This document shows positions 10,006-19,230 of a stretch of DNA of 37,481 bases, in pieces. A program made the position numbers and the translations under genes. The stretch covers positions 1 to 37,481 of the forward strand of contig JBJMHS010000038.1 of assembly GCA_045807245.1 (NCBI GenBank), read 5' to 3'. Under the pieces are notes generated by a model, which ran no database searches, was not told the DNA's origin, and saw nothing but the letters and a program-made list of their open reading frames with translations. The DNA comes from Actinomycetales bacterium (lineage in GTDB: Bacteria; Actinomycetota; Actinomycetes; Actinomycetales; CAVURS01). The number at the start of each line of letters is the position of its first letter. Position 1 is the first letter of the stretch.

Positions 10006-11507
10006 GCGGTCACCTCCGGCTCGTCCTGCGACGAGCTGCCGCCCGAGAACCAGTTCCGGGGCGACGGGTTGATGTTCTGCCAGATGTGTTTGATCTCGCG
10101 GTACTCCGACAGCCCGGTGGGGCCGAGCTCACGGCCGTTGCCGGACTGCTTGAACCCGCCCCACTCGGCCTGCGGCACATAGGGGTGGTAGTCGTTGATC
10201 CAGACGGTGCCGTGCTCGAGGCGCTCGGCGACGCGTTGCGCCTTGCCGGCGTCCTGGGTCCACACCGCTCCGGCGAGGCCGTACGTCGTGTCGTTCCCTA
10301 TCCGGACGGCGTCCTCCTCGTCCGTGAACGTCTCGACCGTCATGACCGGTCCGAAGGACTCCTCGTGGACCACGGTCATGGTCTGGTCGCAGCCGTCGAG
10401 GATCGTCGGCAGGTAGAAGTACCCGTTCGCCAGGCGGGCGTCATCGGGCCGCTTGCCGCCGCAGCGCACGACTGCGCCCTCGGCGACGCCGGCCGCGACA
10501 TACGCCCCGATCTTGTCCCGGTGTGCCGCGGAGATGAGAGCGCCCGTCTCGGCGTCAGGGTCGAACGGACCACCGAGCCGGATCTGGCCGGCTCGGTCCA
10601 CCAGAGCGTCGACGAACCGGTCGTGCATCGACTCCTCGACCACGAGCCGGGCGCCTGCCGAGCACACCTGGCCCGAGTGCAGGAAGACGGCCGTGAGGGC
10701 CATGTCCACGGCCGTGTCGAAGTCCGCATCGGCGAAGACGATGTTCGGGTTCTTGCCGCCGAGCTCGAGCGCAACCTTCTTGATCGTCTGAGCCGCCTCG
10801 GCCATGACCCGACGCCCGGAGAGCACGCCTCCGGTGAACGACACCATGTCGACCCGGGGGTCGCTGGTGAGCGGTCCGCCGACCGCCGCGCCGGCACCGA
10901 GCACGAGGTTCGCCACGCCGGGCGGCAGGCCGGCCTCCTCGAGCGCCGTCATCAGCAGGCCGGCCGTCGAGGGCGTCAGCTCGCTCGGCTTGAGCACGAA
11001 GGTGTTGCCGGCGGCCAGGCATGGGGCGACCTTCCAGGAGGCCTGGAGCAGCGGGTAGTTCCATGGCGTGATCAGGGTGCAGACGCCGACCGGCGCGTAG
11101 ACGATGCGGCTGATCGCGCCGTCCTGGCCGGTGTCGACCACCCGGCCGGCTTCGGTCCCGGCCACACCGGCGTAGTAGCGGATGGACGCCACGACGTCGT
11201 CCATGTCGTACTCGGCCTCGACCAGGCGCTTGCCCGTGTCGAGGGCTTCGGCGTTCGCGAAGTCCTTCTTGTCCCGTTCGATGATGTCGGCCAACCGAGA
11301 CAGGAGCTGGCCCCGCTCACGCTCGGAGGTATGCCGCCACGGGCCCTCGTCGTACGCTCTGCGGGCTGCTGCGATCGCGTCCTCCGAGTCGGCCGCCGTA
11401 CCTTCGGGGACCGTCGCGACCAGGTCACCGTTCGCCGGGCACCGGATCTCCCGGACACCCCCGTCCACCGCGGGCCGCCAGGCGCCTCCGATGTACATCT
11501 GGTTCAC
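10002..11507 (-). CDS. betB: Betaine aldehyde dehydrogenase
   Basis: [37 protein letters not shown] 11507 with GGAG SD; choline cluster context. Confidence 0.88.
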   Translation of the reverse strand: MNQMYIGGAWRPAVDGGVREIRCPANGDLVATVPEGTAADSEDAIAAARRAYDEGPWRHTSERERGQLLSRLADIIERDKKDFANAEALDTGKRLVEAEYDMDDVVASIRYYAGVAGTEAGRVVDTGQDGAISRIVYAPVGVCTLITPWNYPLLQASWKVAPCLAAGNTFVLKPSELTPSTAGLLMTALEEAGLPPGVANLVLGAGAAVGGPLTSDPRVDMVSFTGGVLSGRRVMAEAAQTIKKVALELGGKNPNIVFADADFDTAVDMALTAVFLHSGQVCSAGARLVVEESMHDRFVDALVDRAGQIRLGGPFDPDAETGALISAAHRDKIGAYVAAGVAEGAVVRCGGKRPDDARLANGYFYLPTILDGCDQTMTVVHEESFGPVMTVETFTDEEDAVRIGNDTTYGLAGAVWTQDAGKAQRVAERLEHGTVWINDYHPYVPQAEWGGFKQSGNGRELGPTGLSEYREIKHIWQNINPSPRNWFSGGSSSQDEPEVTA

Positions 11508-11520
11508 ATGGCGCTCCCTG

Positions 11521-11584
11521 GTTGCGGCATACGCAATTCCGGTTCGGGCGTCCCTATGCTTGTCACGCCTGCCAGGGCTGTCAA
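11521..11584 (-). promoter_or_regulatory. betB-proVWX promoter with downstream operator
   Basis: -35 TTGACA (11579-11584), 17 nt, -10 AAGCAT (11556-11561); palindrome GTTGCG-GCATA-CGCAAT at 11521-11537. Confidence 0.65.
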
Positions 11585-11623
11585 TGCCCGGCAACCTCTG
11601 GGCCGCGCTGCGGGGACCCGACT

Positions 11624-11639
11624 GTTACCCGGTTGTCAC
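11624..11639. promoter_or_regulatory. GlnR/MtrA-type box
   Basis: GTTAC-CCGGTT-GTCAC matches GTnAC-n6-GTnAC in the betB/purU divergent spacer. Confidence 0.45.
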
Positions 11640-11721
11640 CTGAACAGCCGTTCAGCCCCGGCATGATGGGCTTCATCAACCCGCAGGGCCACCGGCCCGC
11701 GCACGAAAGGTGGAGCACGTC

Positions 11722-12591
11722 ATGTCGCCACGGCCGCAGCCCGGTCGCGAGTTCGTCCTCACCGTCTCCTGCCCGGACCGGCCCGGCCTGGTCTTCGCAG
11801 TGAGCAGCTACTTCGTCCAGCACCGCGGCAACATCCTGTCCAGCCAGCAGTTCGACGACCGCAGCACCGGTGAGTTCTTCATGCGCGTGGTCGTCGAGAT
11901 CGCCGGTGGTGGCGATCTGGCCCAGATGCGCGCGGACTTCGCCCCGGTCGCCGACTCGTTCGCCATGACCTGGGAGCTGGTCGACGCCGCGACGCCGACG
12001 CGCACGCTGTTGATGGTGTCCAGGTTCGGGCACTGCCTGAACGACCTGCTGTTCCGGCACTCCTCCGGTCTGCTCCCCTTGGACATCCCGGCCGTCGTGT
12101 CCAACCACCTGGACCTGGAGCCGATGGCCAAGCAGTACGGCTTGCCCTTCCACCACATCCCGATCTCGCCCGACACCAAGGCCGACGCCGAGGCGACCCT
12201 GCTGCAGATGGTGGAGTCACACGACATCGAGCTCGTGGTCCTGGCGCGGTACATGCAGGTGCTGTCGCCCGAGCTGTCCCGTCGGCTCAGCGGCCGGGTG
12301 ATCAACATCCATCACTCGTTCCTGCCGTCGTTCAAGGGCGCGAAGCCGTACCACCAGGCGCACTCGCGCGGCGTCAAGCTGGTCGGAGCCACCGCACACT
12401 ATGTGACGGACGACCTCGACGAGGGGCCGATCATCGAGCAGGACGTCGTCCGGGTCGACCACCAGCTCGCGCCCGAGGAGCTGGTCGAGGCCGGCCGCGA
12501 CGTCGAGGCGCAGGTGCTGGCCCGGGCCGTGCGGTGGCACGCCGAGCGCCGCGTCCTGCTCAACGGCCACAGCACGGTGGTCTTCCGCTAG
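11722..12591 (+). CDS. purU: Formyltetrahydrofolate deformylase
   Basis: N-terminal ACT domain (CPDRPGLV), [38 protein letters not shown]. Confidence 0.96.
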   Translation: MSPRPQPGREFVLTVSCPDRPGLVFAVSSYFVQHRGNILSSQQFDDRSTGEFFMRVVVEIAGGGDLAQMRADFAPVADSFAMTWELVDAATPTRTLLMVSRFGHCLNDLLFRHSSGLLPLDIPAVVSNHLDLEPMAKQYGLPFHHIPISPDTKADAEATLLQMVESHDIELVVLARYMQVLSPELSRRLSGRVINIHHSFLPSFKGAKPYHQAHSRGVKLVGATAHYVTDDLDEGPIIEQDVVRVDHQLAPEELVEAGRDVEAQVLARAVRWHAERRVLLNGHSTVVFR

Positions 12592-14294
12592 GCCGGGCTG
12601 GGGCTGAGGCCGTGGCGGTAGAACTCGGTGTGCTCGGCCTCCAGCGGGGTGTTGCCGAGCAGCAGGTCGGCGGCCTTCTCGGCCAGCATCATCACGGGCG
12701 CATAGATGTTGCCGTTCGTCACGTACGGCATGGCCGATGCGTCGACGACCGAAAGTCCCTGCACGCCATGGACGTTCATCGTCAACGGGTCGACCACAGC
12801 CATGTCGTCGATCCCCATCTTGGCCGTGCAGGACGGATGCAGAGCGGTCTCGGCGTCCTTGCGCACCCAGTCGAGGATCTCCTCGTCGGTCTCCACCGAG
12901 GCACCGGGCGAGATCTCGCCGCCGTCGTACGGCGCCATGGCCGCCTGGGCCAGGATGCGCCGGGTCACGCGGATCGCCTCGACCCACTCGCGGCGGTCCT
13001 GGTCGGTCGAGAGGTAGTTGAAGCGCAGGGCAGGGTGCACCCGCGGGTTGCGGCTGGTGACCTTCACCGAACCGCGCGCGTCGGAGTACATCGGCCCGAC
13101 GTGCACCTGGTAGCCGTCGCCGCTCGCCGGCGCCGACCCGTCGTACCGCACCGCGATCGGCAGGAAGTGGTACATGAGGTTGGGGTAGGCGACCTCGTCG
13201 TTGCTGCGGACGAAACCGCCGCCCTCGAAGTGGTTCGTGGCTCCCGGCCCCCGCCGCAGGAACAGCCACTGCGCGCCAATCCACGGCCGGTACCTCATCT
13301 GCATGTACTTCTGCACCGACACGGGCTGCGTGCACGTGTGCTGGATGTAGACCTCGAGGTGGTCCTGGAGGTTCTCCCCCACTCCTGGCAGGTCATGGAC
13401 CACCTTGATCCCGAGCGCACCGAGCTCGCGCGCGTTGCCGACGCCGGAGAGCTGCAGCAGCTGCGGGGTGTTGATCGCGCCGCCGCACAGGATGATCTGG
13501 GCACCGCGGGCGACCCGCGCCGGCCCGCCGTGCTCTCGGTAGCGCACACCCACGGCCCGGTCGCCCTCGAACACCACGCCACCGACGAAGGCTCGGGTCT
13601 TCACGGTCAGGTTCGGCCGGTCCATGACCGGGTGCAGGTAAGCCCGCGCAGCCGACAACCGGCGGCCGCGGCTGATGTTGCGGTCGAACTTCGCGAAGCC
13701 CTCCTGGCGGTAGCCGTTGACGTCCTCGGTCCGGGGGAAGCCCGCCTGCACCGTGGCGTCGAAGAAGGCCTGGAACAGCGGGCTGGTGGCCGGGCCCCGC
13801 TCCAGCGTCAGAGGCCCGTCGTGTCCGCGGAAGGGGTCGTCCGGCTCGGCGGCGAGGCAGTTCTCCATCCGCTTGAAGTACGGCAGGCAGTGCGCGTAGT
13901 CCCACGTCTCCATGCCCTTGTCGGCGCCCCACCGCTCGTAGTCCAAGGGGTTGCCACGCTGGAAGATCATGCCGTTGATGGAGCTGGAGCCGCCGAGCAC
14001 CTTGCCGCGCGCGTGGTAGACCCGCCGGCCGTTCATGAACGGCTCCGGCTCCGACTCGTACTTCCAGTCGTAGAACCGGCTGCCGATCGGGAACGGCAAC
14101 GCCGCGGGCATGTGGATGAACACGTCGAACGGGTAGTCGCTGCGCCCCGCCTCGAGGACCAGCACGCGGTTGCCCGGGTCGGCCGACAGTCGGTTGCCGA
14201 GCGCCGACCCGGCGGAGCCGCCCCCGACGATGACGAAGTCGTACGTCGTGCTCTCAGAGCTGTGCGAGCTGGTGCGCACGTCCTTGGCCGCCAC
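12588..14294 (-). CDS. betA: Choline dehydrogenase (GMC oxidoreductase)
   Basis: [41 protein letters not shown]. Confidence 0.93.
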   Translation of the reverse strand: MAAKDVRTSSHSSESTTYDFVIVGGGSAGSALGNRLSADPGNRVLVLEAGRSDYPFDVFIHMPAALPFPIGSRFYDWKYESEPEPFMNGRRVYHARGKVLGGSSSINGMIFQRGNPLDYERWGADKGMETWDYAHCLPYFKRMENCLAAEPDDPFRGHDGPLTLERGPATSPLFQAFFDATVQAGFPRTEDVNGYRQEGFAKFDRNISRGRRLSAARAYLHPVMDRPNLTVKTRAFVGGVVFEGDRAVGVRYREHGGPARVARGAQIILCGGAINTPQLLQLSGVGNARELGALGIKVVHDLPGVGENLQDHLEVYIQHTCTQPVSVQKYMQMRYRPWIGAQWLFLRRGPGATNHFEGGGFVRSNDEVAYPNLMYHFLPIAVRYDGSAPASGDGYQVHVGPMYSDARGSVKVTSRNPRVHPALRFNYLSTDQDRREWVEAIRVTRRILAQAAMAPYDGGEISPGASVETDEEILDWVRKDAETALHPSCTAKMGIDDMAVVDPLTMNVHGVQGLSVVDASAMPYVTNGNIYAPVMMLAEKAADLLLGNTPLEAEHTEFYRHGLSPSPA

Positions 14295-14351
14295 GCGCGG
14301 AGCCTAGTAGCGCCGTACCCCTTTGTGCAGTCCTGTCGCGCAAGACGCAAC
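14295..14351 (-). promoter_or_regulatory. Leaderless betA promoter with upstream operator
   Basis: GTTGCG-TCTTG-CGCGAC, then TGCACA-17nt-TAGGCT-6nt-GTG start. Confidence 0.65.
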
Positions 14352-14380
14352 GAAAAGGCGCTCGCGGGCTGACCGCAAGG

Positions 14381-15202
14381 TCACCACGTGCCGACGGGCA
14401 CCTGGCTCGGCAGTGGCTGGATCTGTACGCCGTGCCAACCCAGGCGACGGGAGATCCCGGTGGCCGCGGCGCGGACGGCATCGGCGACAGCGGGCAGCCG
14501 GTCGGCCGGCAGCCGGAACGTCGGCCCGGACGCGCTCACCGACGCGACCACGTGTCCGTCGATGCCGAAGATCGGCGCCGCCACGGCGGTCAGGCCACGC
14601 TCCAGCTCGTCGACGGCCGTGGCGTAGCCACGGGAGCGCACCAGGTCGAGCTGGTCCTGCAGCTCGGCGAGCGACACGATCGTGTTGTCGGTGAAGCGAG
14701 GCAAAGGGTCGGTCAGCAGCGCGGCCGCCGTGCCCGGTGGCGCGAACGCGAGCAGGATCTTGCCGTTCGACGTGGCGTGCAGGGGGATTCGCTGCCCGGC
14801 CCACATGTGCAGCTGCAGCGCTGACGGCCCGGCCACCTGGTCTAGGTACAGCGCCTCGTGTCCGGACAGGACGGCGACGTTGACGGTCTCGCCCACCTGG
14901 GCCGCGAGCTCGGTGGTGACCGGCCGGCTCTCCTGGACCAGGTCCAGCCGCACGCGGGTCGCACCGGCCAGCCGCAGGACACCGACGCCGAGGCGGTACT
15001 TGCCGCGGTCCTCGGTCTGCGTCACGACGTCGTGCCGCTCGAGGGTCGCCACCAGCCGGAACGCCGTCGACTTGTGCACGCCCAGGCCTTGGGCGATCTC
15101 GGTGACCCCGAGGTCACCGCGCTCGGCGAGCAGGGCCAAGATCGTCAGGGCGCGGTCGACCGACTGGACCGCGCTTCCGTTCCCCGCATCGCCGTTGCTC
15201 AT
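14381..15202 (-). CDS. IclR-family transcriptional regulator (IclR-1)
   Basis: VQSVDRAL, HTH GVHKSTAFRL, PLHATSNGK, DELERGLTAVAAP; ATG 15202 preceded by TACTGT-N6. Confidence 0.95.
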   Translation of the reverse strand: MSNGDAGNGSAVQSVDRALTILALLAERGDLGVTEIAQGLGVHKSTAFRLVATLERHDVVTQTEDRGKYRLGVGVLRLAGATRVRLDLVQESRPVTTELAAQVGETVNVAVLSGHEALYLDQVAGPSALQLHMWAGQRIPLHATSNGKILLAFAPPGTAAALLTDPLPRFTDNTIVSLAELQDQLDLVRSRGYATAVDELERGLTAVAAPIFGIDGHVVASVSASGPTFRLPADRLPAVADAVRAAATGISRRLGWHGVQIQPLPSQVPVGTW

Positions 15203-15277
15203 GGCGCAACAGTAGGCGTAATGCGCGCTATCCGAAACACCAGCGGCAGGGGCGTGGCGGCCCGGCAAGGCACGGAC

Positions 15278-16723
15278 TCAGTCGCCCAGCTCGCGGCGGC
15301 GCCGGATCACGTACGCCTCGAGCTCCTCGCGCACCGTGTCGTCCATCGGCGGCTGCTCGTACTCGGCCAGCTTCTTGGTCACGATCTCGCCGGCTCGGGT
15401 CGCGGTGTCCCGCGCGCCGGTGCGCATCCACTTCTCGTAGTTGTCCGAGCTGGACAGGAACGGGCGGTAGAAGCAGGTGCGGAACCGCTCCATCGTGTGC
15501 GCGGCGCCGAGGAAGTGGCCGCCATGGCCGACCTCCTCGTGCGCGCCGAACGCCAGCGACGCCTCGTCGATCTCCAGCGGCGTGAACTCGTGCTGGAGCA
15601 TCTCCAGGATCTGGACGTCGATCACGAACTTCTCGTACGACGCGACCAGACCGCCGTCGAGCCAACCGGCCGTGTGCATGACCCAGTTGATGCCCGCCAG
15701 GAACGTCGGCAGCATCGTCATCAAGGCTTCGTAGGCCGCCTGGGCGTCGGGGAGCTGGCTCGAGGTCAGCCCGCCCCCCGAGCGGACCGGCAGGCCGAAC
15801 CGGCGGGCGATCTGACCCGTGCACAGCAGCCCCACCGCGGACTCCGGCGTACCGAACTGCGGGGACCCCGACTGCATGTCGATGTTCGACAGGAACGAGC
15901 CGAAGATCACCGGCGTACCGGGGTTGATCAGCTGCGAGAGCGTGATGCCGGTCAATGCCTCGGCCATCTGCTGGGTCAGGGTGGCCGGGATGGACACCGG
16001 CGACATCGCGCCCATCAGCAGGAACGGCGTGATGACGACCGGCTGGCGGGCCGCACAGTACTCGAACTGGGCGTCGAGCATCCGGTCGTCCCAGCGCAGC
16101 GGCGAGTTGCAGTTGATGAGCGAGATGGTGGCCGGCGTCTGCTCGATCTTGTCCCGGCCGCCGAACAGGATCGACGACATCTCGATGGTGTCCTGGGCGT
16201 TCACGCCGGACACCACGTTGCCCATGTAGATCTTGTCCGTGAGGGTCTGCAGTGCGTAGACCATGTCGAGGTGCCGGGAGTCCAGGGGGGCGTCGTTGGG
16301 CTCGCAGATCACACCGCCGGCCGAGTCCAGCGCGTCGAAGGACTGCGCGAGCCGGGTGAAGTTGCGGAAGTCGTCCATGCTCGCGTCCCGGCGCACCTCG
16401 CCGTCGCGCACGAACGGCGGTCCGTAGACGCCGCCGAAGGCCATCGCGTCGCCGCCGATGTGCACGGTGTGCTCGGGGTTGCGGGCCTGGACGTCGAACT
16501 CGCGGGGCGCCTTGGCGACCTGCTCCATGATGAAGTCCGGGTCGAAGAAGACCGTGTTGTCCTCGACCTTCTGCCCCGCGTCGCGCAGGAGGTCGACGGC
16601 CCGCGGCGACATGAACTCGACGCCGATCTCGGACACCAGCCGCCGCCAGCCCTTGTCCAGGACCGCCATCGCGTCCTCGGAGAGGATCTCGTACCGCGGC
16701 ATCTGGTTCCGGAACATCGCCAC
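15278..16723 (-). CDS. MttB-superfamily (non-pyrrolysine) methyltransferase, probable glycine betaine:corrinoid methyltransferase (MtgB-like)
   Basis: NCNSPLRWD, MGAMSPVS, GSPQFGTPE, GGGLTSSQLPDAQAAYE, HTAGWLDGG, GHFLG; no in-frame TAG. Substrate inferred from context. Confidence 0.9.
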   Translation of the reverse strand: MAMFRNQMPRYEILSEDAMAVLDKGWRRLVSEIGVEFMSPRAVDLLRDAGQKVEDNTVFFDPDFIMEQVAKAPREFDVQARNPEHTVHIGGDAMAFGGVYGPPFVRDGEVRRDASMDDFRNFTRLAQSFDALDSAGGVICEPNDAPLDSRHLDMVYALQTLTDKIYMGNVVSGVNAQDTIEMSSILFGGRDKIEQTPATISLINCNSPLRWDDRMLDAQFEYCAARQPVVITPFLLMGAMSPVSIPATLTQQMAEALTGITLSQLINPGTPVIFGSFLSNIDMQSGSPQFGTPESAVGLLCTGQIARRFGLPVRSGGGLTSSQLPDAQAAYEALMTMLPTFLAGINWVMHTAGWLDGGLVASYEKFVIDVQILEMLQHEFTPLEIDEASLAFGAHEEVGHGGHFLGAAHTMERFRTCFYRPFLSSSDNYEKWMRTGARDTATRAGEIVTKKLAEYEQPPMDDTVREELEAYVIRRRRELGD

Positions 16724-16763
16724 TCCCCTCCGCCCGCCCGGTACGCCGGACGACGCGTCAGCC

Positions 16764-16827
16764 TTGACTGCTGTCTCGGCGCGATCCTACAGTGACTTCG
16801 TGGAACCGCGGTTCCACGACATGGAAC
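16764..16827. promoter_or_regulatory. Overlapping divergent promoters and palindromic operator between mttB and iclR-2
   Basis: + strand TTGACT(16764)-18nt-TACAGT(16788); - strand -10 TAGGAT (16784-16789); perfect 22-bp palindrome 16798-16819 overlapping GTTCCA-N5-TGGAAC (16811-16827). Confidence 0.7.
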
Positions 16828-16857
16828 TCTAGTCGCCACCGTCACAGGGAGGTCGAG

Positions 16858-17684
16858 GTGCCCCAGGCCGGCAGCCAAGCGGTCGACCGCGCCGCCGCCC
16901 TGCTCGTGTCTGTCGTGGAGTCCCCCGAGCCGCGCAGCTTCACGTCGCTCGTCGACGAGCTGGGCCTGGCCCGCTCGACGACCTCGCGTCTGCTGCAGGC
17001 GCTGGAGCGCAACAAGCTGGTCCAGCGGGACCGCACGGGCGGCTTCCGGGCCGGTTCGGTGTTCGCGACGTTCGCGATCCGCCACGACCGCCTGGCCGAC
17101 CTGGCCGAGCTGGCCCAGCCCAGCCTCGAACGGCTCGGCAAGCTGTCCGGGGAGACCATCAACCTGGCCGTCCCGGACGGCGGGGAGATCGTCCAGGTCT
17201 CGCAGGTCGACGGACGCCACGTGCTCGGCGCGATGAACTGGCTCGACGTCGACGTCCCCGCGCACTGCTCCGCGGTGGGCAAGCTGTTCTACGCCTACGG
17301 CGCGATCCCGCTGCCGACGGGTGACCTGCCACGCCGTACGCCGCACACGCTGACCAGCGCCGCAGCCCTCGCAGCCGACCTGGAGTCGGTCCGCGAGCTC
17401 GGCTGGGCGAGCGCGTACGAGGAGCTCGAGCCCGGCCTGGTCGCCGTCGCGGCACCCGTGCGCGACGCGAACGGACTCGTGATCGCCGGTCTGTCCGTGT
17501 CCGGCCCGATCCTGCGCATCACGCGGCACGACCTCCATCGCATCGCCGAACCCCTTGTCGCCGAAGCCGATCGGCTCTCCCGCCGGCTCGGCCAACCCAC
17601 CACCACGACCACCGCCAGGACCACCACCCGGACCATCCCCTCGTCAGCCGCCCGGTCACGACGAGCAGGAAAGGCAGGAGCCGC

Positions 17685-17688
<4 letters not shown>
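16858..17688 (+). CDS. IclR-family transcriptional regulator (IclR-2)
   Basis: SQAVDRA, LARSTTSRLL, PAHCSAVGK, EELEPGLVAVAAP; GTG with GGAGG SD. Confidence 0.94.
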
Positions 17689-18356
<668 letters not shown>

Positions 18357-18357
18357 C

Positions 18358-19230
18358 GTGGCGCAGATCCGGCACACGGTCCTGCGCTCGGCGACCAAGG
18401 AGATCCGCATCGGGCCCGACCAGCCGTTCTGCATCATCGGAGAGCGGATCAACCCGACCGGCCGGCCGAAGTTCCAGGAGCAGCTGCGGGCCGGTGACCT
18501 CTCCCAGGTCGAGACCGACGTCCTGGCCCAGGTTGCGGGTGGCGCGACGATGCTGGACGTCAACATGGGCGTGCCACTGACCGACGAGGCCGACCTGTTG
18601 GCCCGGGCGGTCAAGCTGGTGCAGGGTCTGACCGACCTGCCGCTGTGCATCGACTCCTCCGTGGTCGAGGCGCTGGAAGCCGGGCTCGCGGCGTACGAGG
18701 GCAAGGCCCTGGTCAACTCGGTGACCGGGGAGCGGGAACGGCTGGACTCGATCCTGCCTCTTGTGAAGCGGCACGGCGCTGCGGTCATCGCTCTCCCCAA
18801 CGAGGAGGACGAGATCCCGGAGGACCCGCGCAAGCGGCTCGACATCACCCGCAAGATCATCGACATCGCCTGTGGCACCTACGAGATCCCGATCGAGGAC
18901 ATCGTCATCGACCCGCTCGCGATGCCGGTCGGCGCCGACTCCACGCTCGCCCGCAAGACGATGGACGCCATCGCGCTGATCCGCGAGGAGTTCGGCGTCA
19001 ACATGACGCTCGGCGCAGGCAACGTGTCGTTCGGCATGCCTGGGCGCGCGGCGCTCGGGGCGTCGTTCCTCCCCATGGCGATGAGGTCCGGACTCACGTC
19101 GGCGATCATGGACGCTCGCACTCCCCAGATGGTCGAGGCGGTGCGGGCTGCCGATCTGATGCTGGGCAACGACGAATGGGGCGCGGCGTGGATCAAGGCC
19201 CACCGAGCCAAGCAGGCCGCAACCGCGTGA
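18358..19230 (+). CDS. Methyl-corrinoid:tetrahydrofolate methyltransferase (pterin-binding TIM barrel, AcsE/MetH folate domain-like)
   Basis: IIGERINPTG, DVNMG, IDSS, NSV, IDPL, NVSFGMP. Confidence 0.92.
   Translation: MAQIRHTVLRSATKEIRIGPDQPFCIIGERINPTGRPKFQEQLRAGDLSQVETDVLAQVAGGATMLDVNMGVPLTDEADLLARAVKLVQGLTDLPLCIDSSVVEALEAGLAAYEGKALVNSVTGERERLDSILPLVKRHGAAVIALPNEEDEIPEDPRKRLDITRKIIDIACGTYEIPIEDIVIDPLAMPVGADSTLARKTMDAIALIREEFGVNMTLGAGNVSFGMPGRAALGASFLPMAMRSGLTSAIMDARTPQMVEAVRAADLMLGNDEWGAAWIKAHRAKQAATA

Noticed and set aside
11590..11720. ZTP or THF riboswitch upstream of purU; cobalamin riboswitch near the B12 module
   Set aside because: No consensus elements recognisable by eye, and the 16724-16857 spacer is short and filled by promoters and operator. 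An Rfam/Infernal scan would be decisive.
15278..16723. Pyrrolysine recoding in the MttB gene
   Set aside because: The frame is open without an internal TAG, and there are no pyl genes or tRNA-Pyl in the window.
17596..17640. ACC-rich tract (TTTTTARTTTRT) at the IclR-2 C-terminus as a repeat or phase-variation element
   Set aside because: Imperfect in-frame low-complexity tail with no functional evidence.
18645..19226. N-terminal extensions in the ORF track (18645 for the reactivase, 2982 for etfA, 23118 for metF, 36402 for yihY)
   Set aside because: They overlap neighbouring genes or promoters; coupled or leaderless starts downstream fit better.
18358..19230. Dihydropteroate synthase (folP)
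   Set aside because: It shares the pterin-binding fold only; IIGERINPTG and NVSFG motifs plus the corrinoid neighbours indicate a methyltransferase.
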